Position numbers and translations under genes: made by a program
Assembly (NCBI RefSeq): GCF_006345805.1
Contig: NC_043007.1
Location: 19,034,001-19,098,000 of the forward strand
DNA: 64,000 nucleotides
Source of the DNA: Octopus sinensis
Taxonomy: Eukaryota
Direction of reading: 5' to 3'
Shown here: positions 25,828 to 39,660 of the stretch, piece after piece
Numbering within the stretch: position 1 is the stretch's first letter
Layout of the letters: each line of letters begins with the position of its first letter
Notes under the pieces: model-generated
What the model saw: the letters and a program-made list of their open reading frames with translations, nothing else
Told to the model about the DNA's origin: nothing
The model's database searches: none

Positions 25828-26339
25828 AGTATACGGTATATAATGTCAGTGAACATTGTTCAGTTCACCAATAATAGTAATCGACTTTAACCAATACCAA
25901 AGAGCAGCCCGGTTCTGCAAAGCCGCATGAACAATAGAACAGCTCGCCAGCTCTTTACAATTACCATCGTATCAAAACTGCATACTGGTTAATTTTCCCT
26001 CTCGCCGTACAATACATCGTCGCCAATAGTATTACCACATCATTGTGTATGACATCGCGTTACATTGGCACGAGAATGGTACAGAGAGAAAGAGGGAGAG
26101 ATAGGGGAGGGAGTATTAAAGAAGAGGAAGGTGAGATGTGGAAGGAAGGGGAGAAAGAGGAGAAGGGCAGGCAGAGGAAGTGGGAAGACGAAGAAGAAAG
26201 GAAAAGTGAAAGGTATGAAAAAGTAAACAAAATATATAGTAAAACAAGAGGGAGAGAGAGAGAGAGAGAGAGGAGAGAAAGAGAGAGAGAGCAAGAGAGG
26301 AGAGAAAGAGAGAGAGAGAAAGAAGAGAGAGAGAGAAAG

Positions 26340-26446
26340 AGAGATAGACAGATAGACAGATAGCTAGATAGATAGGTATGTATGTATATATATATATATA
26401 TATAGACAGACAGACAGATAGATAGATAGGCAGGTAGATAGATAGG

Positions 26447-26482
<36 letters not shown>

Positions 26483-26534
26483 CAGACAAACAGATAGATA
26501 GATAGATAGATAGATAGATTGATATGTAGGTAGG

Positions 26535-26587
<53 letters not shown>

Positions 26588-26607
26588 GGGTAGATAGGCA
26601 GAGAGAC

Positions 26608-26670
<63 letters not shown>

Positions 26671-26710
26671 TAGATAGATAGATAGATAGATAGATTGATA
26701 TGTAGGTAGG

Positions 26711-26755
<45 letters not shown>

Positions 26756-26805
26756 GGGTAGATAGGCAGAGAGACAGATAGATAGATAGATAGATGATAG
26801 ATAGA

Positions 26806-26837
<32 letters not shown>

Positions 26838-26852
26838 TAGATAGATAGATAG
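26340..26852. repeat. (GATA)/(GACA) array with an internal ~170-bp duplication
   Basis: GATTGATATGTAGGTAGG and GATGGGTAGATAGGCAGAGAGACAG each occur twice in the same order. Confidence 0.9.
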
Positions 26853-27409
26853 TATTAAACTTGGTCAGAAGTTTAAGCTACCCCCTTACACAACAGACAC
26901 TCACACACAAACACATTGATAAACACACAGAGGCACTCACAAACACCCACATATACACGCGTGCAATATCAGACTCACACATACACACACGCGTGCGATC
27001 TAAGATTCCCACTATAATATTCTCATTTTCCCCGCCACGTTCTCTTACGAGCCAGACGCTAGATTAGCCATCTTGCTTTTCTATTTTAGCTCTTACTATA
27101 TATTTTATATCATTTCATTTTTGTTTTCCTTTTTTCATTTACATTTTCCACAATTTAATTGCCTAACTTCGAATTGCCTGAAGGTGTGTAAGTAAGACTA
27201 TATGAGGTGAAAATGGCGGCATTAGATTGTAAGTGAGTAGGGAATAAGGAAGGTTAAGTATTCGGGGTATATTGCTAAAAAAACCTAGATTCCATTTTCT
27301 TTCGGAATGATGTGCTTTGGTAGTTATCGGCTGCTTCAGTCAATTTTAGTTTGCTGCTTATCTGATGAGACGGTAACAAGAAAGAGAAGCCCTTGTCACC
27401 TATGTCTTC

Positions 27410-27467
27410 TGTCTGTCCGTCTGTCTGTTTGTCTGTCCGTTTGTCTGACTTTCTGTCTGTCCGTCCG

Positions 27468-27552
<85 letters not shown>

Positions 27553-27561
27553 CTCTGTCTA

Positions 27562-27604
<43 letters not shown>

Positions 27605-27681
27605 GCCTGCCTGTCTGCCTGTTCTTCTGTCTGTCTGTCTGTCTGCTTGTCTATCTTTCTGTCTATTTATCTGTTTGTCTA

Positions 27682-27713
<32 letters not shown>

Positions 27714-28095
27714 TCCATCTGTCTGCCTGCCTGTCTGTCTGTCTGTCAACTTTTCTGTCTGTCCGCCTGTTTGTTTATCTGTCTGTCTGCCTGTGTATCT
27801 GTCTGTCTGTTTTCTATACATACATACATAATACACACATACATACATACATACATACATACAACATACATACATACATACATACATACTACATACATAC
27901 ATAATACATACATACATACATACATAATACATACATACATACATACATACATACAAAATACATACATACATACATACATACATACATACATAAATACATA
28001 CATAATACATAAATACATACATACATACATACATACATACATACATACATACATACATACATACATACATACATACATACATACATACATACATA
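27410..28095. repeat. (TCTA)/(TCTG)/(CATA)n compound microsatellite
   Basis: Direct reading. Confidence 0.95.
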
Positions 28096-28137
28096 AAGCA
28101 GGATTCAAAGTAATGACTAGCATATTTATTGTTAATA

Positions 28138-28694
28138 CGTTCCGGTGAATTCGAACTTGAATATGCTAATCGCGGTTGCATTTCCTCACCGGAGAACAAC
28201 TTCTCTTTTACGACGAGTGTGTATTCATAACACACTCAATCGATTAGCACAAGGGATACCGCTGTGCGTTGTCACTCGAAGGCGACCCGACTAATGAATC
28301 TAGCTAGAGTTTATGGTTCTCATTTATAACTTACAGCAAATAAATTATTTACTGATGCGTGCTGATATCTGCTAACCGATAATAAACCGTCGTATACTCA
28401 GTGAACAGGGAGAATGGAAATGATAAATTGCCTGGTCAGTCATCATACATTCCGGCAAATTCGAACGTGAATATACTAACTGTTACTGGGCCTTACTATT
28501 GAAGAACAACTTCTTCGCCTTAGACGAATGTGTGTTCATAGCATACCTAATTCGTTAGCATAAGCAGACTTTGGAACACCCGACGTTTCGACATAATTAT
28601 ATCTCGTCGACACATTCGTCTGAAAGGTGAAGTTATTCTCTAATGACCGAACACAGCTGCGATTAGAATATCAATGTTCGAATTTGTCGAAACG
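28138..28694. mobile_element. Putative TA-flanked MITE with ~90-bp imperfect TIRs and an internal extra TIR copy
   Basis: CGTTCCGGTGAATTCGAAC..CTAATCGC..GAGAACAACTTC..GACGAGTGTGT at left, a reverse-complement version at right, and a direct copy at 28449-28565. Confidence 0.55.
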
Positions 28695-28859
28695 TATTTA
28701 AAATGAATATGTGCCTCATCGTATCTTAAACATGAAATTTCAAAAACTTGTGACCAACAAAGACTTTTGGGCAAAAACCAAGCAGGAGCCCTTTGCTCAA
28801 CCAACAAATAGAGAAACGCAAGTTGAAACGGGAAGATAATACGTTGAGGAAAACAACAG

Positions 28860-29270
28860 AGGTGATGGTGGTGATGAGGATGGTGGTGGTGATGATGATG
28901 GTGGTAGTGGTGGTGATGATAGTGGTAGTGGTAAGGATGATGGTGGTGGTGGTAGTGGTGGTGGTGATGATGGTGGTGGTGGTAGTGGTGGTGGTGGTGG
29001 TGGTGGTGGTGATGATGGTGGTGATGATGATGGTGGTGGTGGTGATGGTTGTGGTGGTGATGTTGATGGTGGTGGTGATGATGATGGTCGTGGTGATGAT
29101 GGTGGTGGTGGTGATGTTGGTGATGGTGATGATGATGGTGGTGGTGATGATGGTGGTGGTGGTGGTGATGATGATGATGCTAGTGGTGGTGGTGATGATG
29201 ATGCTAGTGGTGGTGGTGATGATGATGATGGTGGTGGTGGTGAGGATGATGATGGTACTGGTGATGAATA
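28860..29270. repeat. (GGT/GAT)n low-complexity tract
   Basis: Direct reading. Confidence 0.9.
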
Positions 29271-29443
29271 GAAGTATCATTTAACGGCGTCCCAGCGATA
29301 ACCATCCTGATATATTTCCAAGCTTACTACGTTTTGTAGTACATATTTAATTAAATTAGTGAATACATAAATAGATAGATACATACAAGTATATATGCAT
29401 ATAACATATTAATATATATATATATATTATATATATATATATA

Positions 29444-29492
<49 letters not shown>

Positions 29493-29699
29493 GTACATAT
29501 GTATATACAAACTATTTCTGTTATTATCTTTCCAACGATGAAGCTTTGTATCTTTGTTTGAAACCATCTCCTTCTTTAAATGAGAACTTCAAATAATTAG
29601 AAAATAAAGAGAACATACATACATCCACACATACATACATACATACATACATGCGAAATATGTACGAAATACATGAGCCATAAAATGGTTTTCTCATGT

Positions 29700-30420
29700 C
29701 AAGAGCTTAGCATGGAGCACCCACAAACTTATGACATCCTACATTAAAGGCCATCCCCATGCAGTTCAGGAACAAGGGATCCTTTCCAAGTACCTCCTGC
29801 ATCAGAGATAGAAAACGTTGGCAGACAACATATGTATGCCTTTCTAGACCAAGACTGAAGACATCAGCCTCATTATTGTTAACTGTAAGAGAATATCCTC
29901 TAGGTATTATCTTCCCATAATGCATTATGCACAACGGTGTGGAAATCAAAAATCGGAACGGTCTGGAACGGGATAACAAAAGAGAAAACATTAACAAACG
30001 AAGTTGATTATATTCAAACCGATGGGTCAAAAGAATATTGGTGGAACTGAAAAATTCAAACAGCCACCAAGTTAAAGCACGACCTGCAAGATATTTGTTG
30101 CGTGAGACCACAAGAAAAAAGGTTTGTTCTGTGGTGGAAATCAGCTGCCCTTTAGACACCGATGTCGTTAGAAAAAAATACAAGGTAAAGAGGATATCTA
30201 TGGACCCTTGATAAGGAGTTTGTAAATCCAGTACTCAAGATATACTTTTAGCATCGTACTCGTTATTATTGGAGCAACAGGATACATACCGACCCATCTG
30301 GAGCAAATTATGGCTGAACTTGGGGTTCTTGGGGAGAGGACGCAAATCCTTAATTCATATTCTATAAATGATCACGATATTTGGGACTATAAGGCCTTTT
30401 TAAGATTTAAGGGATGAGGA
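29700..30420 (+). mobile_element. Decayed R4/Dong-like LINE 3' fragment (zinc knuckle/RLE region)
   Basis: EDISLIIVNCKRISSRYYLP, EYWWNLKIQTATKLKH, CSVVEISCPLD, VIIGATGYIP across frameshifts. Confidence 0.7.
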
Positions 30421-30678
30421 GCAAAACATGATGCTTTCCTTTGCAACCTCGCTATTAATTAGGGAGTCAGTCAAAATTTACTTTGAATTAAAAAAAAGAA
30501 AGAGAACACACACACACACATAAATACATGCATACATACATGCATGCATACAAACATACACACATATATTCATACATACATATATTGTATATAACAGAGT
30601 TTATACATTTAGTCAAAGCCGAAGTTTCACAACTCCGCAATTTCGGGTTTATTGTTTTGAAATAACACGACGCCTATA

Positions 30679-30754
<76 letters not shown>

Positions 30755-30756
<2 letters not shown>

Positions 30757-31058
30757 GCACATAGTTTGAGATTTTCGTTTCACGATCGTAAAGTCGTAAG
30801 TTTGATTCCCAAGCGGGGCGTTGTGTCCTTGAGCAAGACACTTTATTTCACGTTGGTCCAGTCCACTCAGCTGGCAAAAATGAGTTGTACCTGTAATTAC
30901 AAAGGGGCCAGCCTTGTCAGATTCTGTGTCATGCTGAACCTCTCTGAGAACTACGTTTAGGGTACATATGTTTGTGGAATACCCAGCCACTTGCACGTTA
31001 ATTACCCAAGCAGGCTGTTCGTTGATTAGAAGACTTGTCATCGTAATCGATTGAGTAC
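30755..31058 (+). mobile_element. tRNA-derived SINE family D
   Basis: AGTTTGATTCCC B-box-like; TGTGTCCTTGAGCAAGACACTTT; GTCCACTCAGCTGGCAAAAATGAG; paralog at 51934-52254. Confidence 0.8.
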
Positions 31059-31064
31059 CAGACA

Positions 31065-31377
31065 ATGCATGTATGTATGCCTGCACGTATTTATCTATAT
31101 GTATGCATGTATATATGTATGTATGGATGTATGCATTCATGTATGAATGCATGCATGTATGTATGCATGTATACATGTAAGTATGTGTGTGTGAGTACCA
31201 GACAATGTATATATGCCTGCATGTATTTATGTATGTATGTATGTATGTATGTATGTATGTATGCATGCATGTATATATGCTTTTATAGATGTATGTAAGT
31301 ATGTATGTATATATGTATGTTGTGCGTATGTATGTATGTATGTATGTATAATGTATGTATGTATGTATGTATGTATG

Positions 31378-31409
<32 letters not shown>

Positions 31410-31856
31410 TGTATGCATGCATGTATGTATGCATGTATGTATGTATGTATGTATGTATGTATGTATAATGTATGTATGTATTTATGTATAAATGTATGTA
31501 TGTATGTATGTATGCATGTATGTATGTATGCATGTATATATGTATGTATGTATGTATGCATGCATGTATATATTTATGTATGCATTAATATATGTATATG
31601 TATGTATGCATGTATATATGTATATATGTATGTATGTATATATGTATGTATGTATATATGTATGTATGCATGCATGCATGTATGCTTTTATACTTGTATG
31701 TATGTATATATGTATGTTGAGCGTATTTATATCTATATGTATGGTATGTATGCATACATATATACTTTTATACTTGTATGTATATATGTATGTGTGTGCG
31801 TATGTATATCTATATGTATGTATGTACGTATGTATGTGTGTATGTATGTATGTATG
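31065..31856. repeat. (TATG)n array
   Basis: Direct reading. Confidence 0.95.
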
Positions 31857-31920
31857 ACAAAACTAAACACAAAACGATTGGTAAACGCAAAAAAAAACAA
31901 AACCAGAAAAAAAAGCAACT

Positions 31921-32182
31921 GACCAATCAGCGTGTCTCTTGCAGCACACTTCGTTAGTCTTCGCAAAGCGTCTATTAAAAAAAAAAAATTAAAAATTACA
32001 TACACCAAAAAAAAAAAGAAACTTGAAAAAAAACGACATCGACCTTCATTTCAAATTGGTTAGATTTCGTCATCATTGTCTCATTTTATTCAAAATGGCT
32101 GCCTCTTTATTTGTCGTTGCTTCTCTTATTGAAACGCTATAACAATGTCATCTGACATTTCTCTGTCAACAGCCGCCATTTT
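31921..32182. promoter_or_regulatory. Candidate promoter motif cluster (CCAAT box plus two opposed YY1-like sites)
   Basis: GACCAATCAG 31921-31930; AAAATGGCTGCC 32092-32103; GCCGCCATTTT 32172-32182, in non-repeat DNA; motif match only. Confidence 0.3.
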
Positions 32183-32781
32183 ACAATAGAAAACTGAATG
32201 ACTCGGTCATCACCTCCACTCCTTACGATGATAGCTGCTAGCACTCAATATAGTAATTCGAAAGTCTCCGAGGGGATATGCAAAAAAAAAAAAAGAAAAA
32301 AAATTCAGTGGGAGCCCTTGTTAGTGTATGTGTGTGTGTGTGTTTGTGTGTAAATATATATGTGTTTATGTATGAATGTGTTTGGTGTGTGTTAATGTAT
32401 CCATTGATAGGTACACATACACATGCCATCTCTGGTATATCTAAATTTATCGACACACATACGCACACACACACTAGTAAATGTATACACACGCATATAA
32501 ATAAAGCATGTATATATGCATGCATATACATATTTATATATGTATATATATATATATATATATGTAAATATACAGATATACATACATACATATATATATA
32601 TTTATATATACATGTATGTAAATGTATATATGACCATACACATATATATATATGTATATATATACACATACACACACACACACATATATATAAAGAGAGA
32701 GAGAGAGAGAGAGAGAGAGTTAGGTAGATAGAAAGATAGGTTGATAGATAGATAAACAGACAGACAGACAGGCAGACAGAC

Positions 32782-32849
<68 letters not shown>

Positions 32850-35181
32850 GGATAGCTGGATAGACAGATAGATAGATAGATAGATAGATTGACATACACA
32901 CCCACACATACAGACACATATTTGCATGCATATATGTCTACATAAGATTTACCGAAACACACACATGTCCGCACCAATAGACACACACCACACATACACA
33001 AACATCTGCAGATACTGATCGACATAAATACATACATACATGTATGTATACATACACACGCATACACCGGTCTCAAATTAAATTATATCTCTTTCACTCC
33101 CTCCCTTCCTCTTTCTCCCTATTCATCTCTCTCTGTCTGTCTCTGTCTCTTTGCTTATCTCTCTCTCTCTATCCATCTATCTATCTTAACGTTTCTGTAT
33201 AACCTGTTCTACCCTACCCCCGTTTCGCTGTAATTTTCCCATTGTGATTTGAGATGAAAATAAAATATAAATAAATAAATAAATGAATAAAGAAAATGAT
33301 AGAAGGGAAGACAAGAACGAAAGAAAAAAGAAAGGAAAAAAAGAAAGGAAAAAAAAGAAAGGAAAAAACCAACAAAATGAGCCGATGGCAATTTTGCAAC
33401 ATTTTACTTTTTCTTTACGTCTATCTTTTATTTTACGTTTATCCCTATCTCTGATGGAATTCCCCTTCGTTCTTTTTCATACATTGCCCCCCTTTTTTTT
33501 TCCAATGTCTTCATCGCCGTTGTCATCGCCGTTCTCGTCCCCGTTCTGTTTCTCCCCGTTGTCGATTGTTTTAACACACACTAGGGTTCCCGCAGGCTAA
33601 ATTTCGAACAGTGTAAAAACCCGGGAATATATATCTCCATTATAATGGACTTTTCGCCAACGTTTCACACTGCTAACCATGCAGATCTGAGCAGCAAAAA
33701 CCATACACACCATACAAGGAAGGGAGCGAGGGAGGGAGGGAATGGGGGTGGGGGAGGGTAGGGAAACTGGTGAATTCACACACACACAGAAATGCACAAA
33801 TCGACATACTCATACACAGACAGACACAAACACATACACACGCACACAGACAAACATACACACACACATATATATATATATACATGTGCATACACAAAAA
33901 CACACAAGCGTACACATACACGACAGACGTCTTTCTCTAAGCACACACACACATGCTCGTGCACACACACACACACTCACACACACACTCACACACACAC
34001 ACACACACTCACACACATACACACACTCACACATACACATACACGAAGCACATCACCTTTTCACCACAACCACCACCGCCATCGCAGCCATCACCTCTTC
34101 CGCCACTACCACCATCATCACCATCATCACTACCACCAAGAACACCACCACTACCACCACCACCACCACCACCTCTGCTCTTTTCCTTTACCCGCCTTTT
34201 CCATTATCTCTCTCCTCCTCTCTGTCTGTCTGTCTGTCTCTCTCTTTTTCTCTCTCTCTCTCCTTGTCTTTCCTCTTCTCTTTATTTTCTGTTATATCAC
34301 GTGGCTATGTTGACCGAGTGAAGCTAGTGTTGTAGTAATGGTGGTGGTGGTGGTGGTAGTGGTGGTAGTGGTAGAGGTGATAGTTGTGGTAGTGGTAGTA
34401 GAGATGGTTATAGTATTGGTAGTGGTGGTGGTGGTGGTGTGTTAGTGGTGTTGATGTTATTTATAGTATGGACAGTAGTAGCGTTGTGGTTGACTTGTGG
34501 GATATGGTGAATTTGGTCGGTGAAGGTTTGCGTTCTGGTTGGTTGGTGAGGAGGGGCTTTTCTGGAAGGTCGCAGAGCAGGGTGGCGGTGGCAGTGGCGG
34601 CGTGCTTAGGGGGGGGGAGGGGGTCGAACAGTGAATGGAGATGGAGATGGACATACCCCCGCCCCCACCTCACCCCACTTGAAAATCTCAATAAATAAAT
34701 AAATAAATAAATAAAAGATAAAAAAGAGGGTTGGGTGGAGGGGGTAGTGGGGCGTAGTGTAGAGTGAGAGGGTTTGAAGAGTGTTGCTGGTGATGGTGGT
34801 GGTAGCGGTGGTGGTGGTGGCGGTGGTGGTGGTGATGATGATGATGATGATAGTGATGGTGCTGAGTGGTAGTGTGAAGTATTGTGCTAATCACTATTTG
34901 TGTTGACAAAAGAGTGTGTATGTATGTATGTATGAATGTATGTGTGTATGCGTGTGTGTGTGTATAATGTTTGGATACTGATGTGTATGTTGATTTCTCT
35001 TTCTGCATGTGTCTATAAAAGCATAACTGCTTATATATATATATATACGCGCACAGATATATGTGCATATATATATATATATGTGTGTGTGTATTTATAC
35101 ATATATGTATCTATATGCATACACAAATATCACAAATCATATGCATGTTTGCGTGTGTGTGTGTGTATATATATATATATG

Positions 35182-35237
<56 letters not shown>

Positions 35238-35238
35238 G

Positions 35239-35296
<58 letters not shown>

Positions 35297-36236
35297 TATA
35301 TATATATGTGCACGAAATTATATACGTTTATGTATTTATATATGTATATATATATATGTGTGTGTATGTTTGTGTGTGTATGTTTGTGTGTGTGTGTGAA
35401 TAAATGGGTCTCGGCCGCTCGTGCTTATACGCATGCGTGCTTGTACGCATGCGTGCGTGTATCCCTGACGTTCGTATCGATAAAAGCCGCCAGTAAGAGT
35501 CACCACAAGCGCGCAGCCATCTAAAAACAAACCACTTATTTCTAATCGCCATTTCATCAAATGCTCAACTCTAACCTTTCCAATCCATCCATTTTGAATC
35601 TTATTAAATTTATTGACTGCCGTCGAGTGATAGAGGTGAAGGCCATGGCGGCGGCGAGTGTAGGAGTGACGGTGATGGCGATGGCGGCGTCGGTGTTGGT
35701 GGTGGTGGTGGTGGATATGCTGCAAGGAGCAATGCCTTGTGGGTGTTTAGACCAGTCTCTTTACGCTTTACTTTTCAATACCCATAGGAGAGTGGAAAGA
35801 GGTATTAGGGCAACTTATGAAAGTAGTTATATGAGCAAAAGGAGGGATCCTCTACGTAGTTGTTCGACTTGCTAGAAGTAGCAGCTATATCTCCTTTAAA
35901 TCATGCCCTGCCGCTTTAAGAAGGAAAGGTATTTCATTCCAGTTAATTCAACTTTTATCGATCCCCTGCGAATTGAATCCACATCAAAAGAAACCCATCA
36001 TGCATCTGGTGTCCTCGCTGGTTGCTGCCGGAACAAATTTCCATTTTGCCCTGATATTTGTTATGTTAAAAACACAACACTTCCTTCAAAGATGTCATCT
36101 CTGGACAAATATCGTAGTAACTGGCCTACCAACAATGTATATACATTAAGAATGATTCCTAAATAGCTATTTTAATTGAAAACTCAATTACCTATACCGG
36201 ATCTTACGGCACTGCTTGTTTATAATAATAATAATA

Positions 36237-36276
<40 letters not shown>

Positions 36277-36277
<1 letters not shown>

Positions 36278-36696
36278 GGCCAACAGACCAGATATAGTTG
36301 TCAGAGATCATGAAGAAAAAAATGCTTTCTAATTGATGTATCAATACCGGCTGATGACAACGTGTCTCTAAAAGAAATGGAGAAACTCTCAAAATACAAA
36401 GACCTGGAAATAGAGGTAACTAGAATGTGGAATCTGAAAACAGAAACAATTCCTATCATAGTAGGTGCATTAGGCATGATAAAAAAATATTCAGACAAAT
36501 ACATAACAAAAACACCAGGACTTACAAACACATATAATATACAGAAAATTGCACTACTAGGCACTGCACACATCCTACGCAGAACACTTTCCATACAATA
36601 AACCATCAGAGCATCACAACAAATCACAGCACATACCCAAGGCACACAGAGCTGTGCTCGGTAGTGAAGTGAAAGCACGCTATAAAAATAAAACTA

Positions 36697-36700
<4 letters not shown>
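36277..36700 (+). mobile_element. 5'-truncated R4/Dong-like LINE 3' end inside (TAA)n
   Basis: ANRPDIVV..CFLIDVSIP..KLSKYKDLEIE..PIIVGALG; (TAA)n at 36223-36276 and 36701-36747. Confidence 0.88.
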
Positions 36701-36747
<47 letters not shown>

Positions 36748-36749
<2 letters not shown>

Positions 36750-37038
36750 AATTATTGTATACCGTGCTCAGGTGCACCACAACTTGTCAAAAGTGCGTAT
36801 AAAGCATATGCAGTAATGTACAAATGTCTGGAAAGTGAACAGTGTATGAGTCAGATACATGCTTGCGTGTGTATGGAGGGGAGAAAATCAGGTGTAGTGT
36901 TGGCGAATCTCAGGAAGCATGGAAGTTTTGAAGGATGCAGTGCTCCGACAACTAACAACTGAGGCCAGCAGTTTGTTCCATGCTTCAGCAACTCTTAGCG
37001 TGAAAAAATGTTTCCGAAAGTCATGGGAGCTGCGCTGT
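36748..37038 (-). mobile_element. CR1-like LINE 3' end with (ATT)n tail
   Basis: Reverse complement of 62715-63000 (FRKHFFTLRVAEAWNKL); tail runs into (AAT)n at 36701-36747. Confidence 0.85.
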
Positions 37039-37394
37039 TATGGTTCTAGTTCTACCTATTCACCCGGAATAAATGAGAGATTTCTGGATTTGGGTGATTA
37101 GCTTTGGTTATGAACACCCACAGAGCATTTCGAATTCAAAATATATCGGAAGTGGAACAAAAGCTGCAAAGAACCACGTCTGACTTCTATCAATTTCCTC
37201 CAACTTTTGGTCGGGCTTTTAACCTGTCCATCCTGAATGGATGAAAGGCAATATTCACCTCAGAGAAGGGATACATTAAATAATGTATTCCAAGATGCAC
37301 TATGCTTGAGCGCAGTCCAATGACTGGAACTGAAGACGAATAAAACAGAAAATAATATATACATTTAATCTATTTATATATATGCTCAATAATG

Positions 37395-38030
37395 TTGCTG
37401 TCATTTAAGTTTTGCCATGAAGCTGCGAAACCTTGACTATGTCGTCGCAACATCCAGAAATTAGAACGTTTTCACCACGGAAAGCTTCGTACAAAGTCGA
37501 GCATCAAATGGGAACACAGTGTGACCACCGACGAAGTCCTGGAAAGAGCCAAACGGTCAAAGCCTCGAATCGTTGATCATGAAACACCGTCTTTGATTGT
37601 CAGGTCATGTAGCAAGAATGGAAGAGTCACGATTCCTACTCCAAGTCTTATTCAGCGAACTGACTTTAGGAAAAAAAGACCACGGCGTTGCAATCTTCGA
37701 AGATACAACGACCAACTCAAAACAATACGGAAAACCACTGCAATTGAGCCTAAATTGTTTGAAACACAAGCCCGAGACCCTACAAAGTGGTGGGGTTCCA
37801 TCATCACCGGAACCAAAAACTTTGAAGCCAGCAAAAGCGAAAATGAAGAAATCAAACGAAGGCAGAGAAAGGCTTGGCAAAATCAATCTCGTCTTCCACC
37901 AACATTGCCATTCAGCCAATGCTATGGGCGCTTCTTTGCAAGAATTGGTCTACAGAGTCAACAACAGCATCACCACCAAGGAAGCGATCGGTAAAGAAAT
38001 AATTAAATTCTTGGACACGAGATAAAGCCG
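37395..38030 (+). mobile_element. RTE (BovB-like) LINE 3' fragment
   Basis: KLERFHH, SGHVARMEESR..VLFSEL, RYNDQLK, FARIGLQSQ across frameshifts. Confidence 0.78.
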
Positions 38031-38289
38031 CCGCTACCGACGACGACGATACATACATGCACAAAACATACATATATATATATTTGCATCAATAAAAAAT
38101 TCTCTAAAACACCTCTCCATAACAACCAGCCCTAACCCTAATTACCAATCCACTAAAAACCAACCACCCATAGAATTTTTTTTAATTCAACAGAGACTAT
38201 ATAAAGCCAAGATTAACCTCAATGCATCGCAGTCTGATGGTGGGTAAACTGGCCGAAACTTCGAAGTCACAATCAATAATCTATCTGTC

Positions 38290-38427
38290 TGTGTGTCTGT
38301 CTGTCTATTTATCTATGTATCTGTCTGTTCATATCTGTCTATTTATGCACACACACACATTCATATATAAGTAAATATCGGCGAATAATACATATATACA
38401 TACATACACGTACTTGAATACACATAC

Positions 38428-38479
<52 letters not shown>

Positions 38480-38919
38480 TATATTATATATATACATATA
38501 TATACATACATATACAAATATATACATACATATATATCCATATGAATATATATATACATACTCACATATGTATGTATACATCTATATACATACACACATA
38601 GTCACACTTACATGCGTATATACATATGCATACATAGGTACGCTTATACACCACGCGCGCATGCCAAATGCAGACATACAGTTATATAAATATGTATATA
38701 TATATATATATATTTATATATATACATATTTATATAGATATAGAGTGTATATACACATGGATCGTAGTTGGAAGGGTAATGAGTTTACAAATATACATAT
38801 TTTATTAGTAATACATAAACACATATTTGAATACATATGTATGCGTGTATACATATGCAAAATTACACACACACACACACACACATATATGGATACGTAC
38901 ATATATATATGTATATATA

Positions 38920-38971
<52 letters not shown>

Positions 38972-38985
38972 CATATATATATGTA

Positions 38986-39038
<53 letters not shown>

Positions 39039-39431
39039 ATAGATATATATGTATGCATATATGTATGCATGTATGTATACAAATGTGTATATATACGAAT
39101 TTATTCACGTATATACACATACTTAGGCTTGATAAATGTCTACATGTGTTTATAGCTGCTTGTGTGCATATGTGTATTTGCATGCGAACTGTATGTACGT
39201 ATGTATGCATGTATGTATGTATGTATGTATGTATGTATGTATGTATCTATGTATGTGCCTGTTTGTGTGTGTGTTGTTCTTCTTCTGCGTCCGTCTGTCT
39301 GTTTCCGCAATTTTAAATGCTTTTTACATAAAGTCTACGCCAGCAATCAGTTTAAAAAGCTAAACAAGGCCCTCAAGTTTCTGTTTTTAATTTCCTTTAA
39401 AACTCCTCAGTCGATTCTCAGTCAGTTCAAG

Positions 39432-39482
<51 letters not shown>

Positions 39483-39595
39483 ATATATATACATACATAC
39501 ACGTACTTGAATACACATACGTACATATATATATATATACAAAACTGTATGTTTGTGTGTGTGCTTGTCTATATATCTATCTATCTATCTATCTA

Positions 39596-39659
<64 letters not shown>

Positions 39660-39660
39660 T
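38290..39660. repeat. (TA)n-dominated compound microsatellite block
   Basis: Direct reading. Confidence 0.9.

Noticed and set aside
28570-28630. Minus-strand GAAACGUC with a short hairpin as a hammerhead
   Set aside because: Core reads UCGACGA or CAGACGA, not CUGANGA, and stem I does not pair in register
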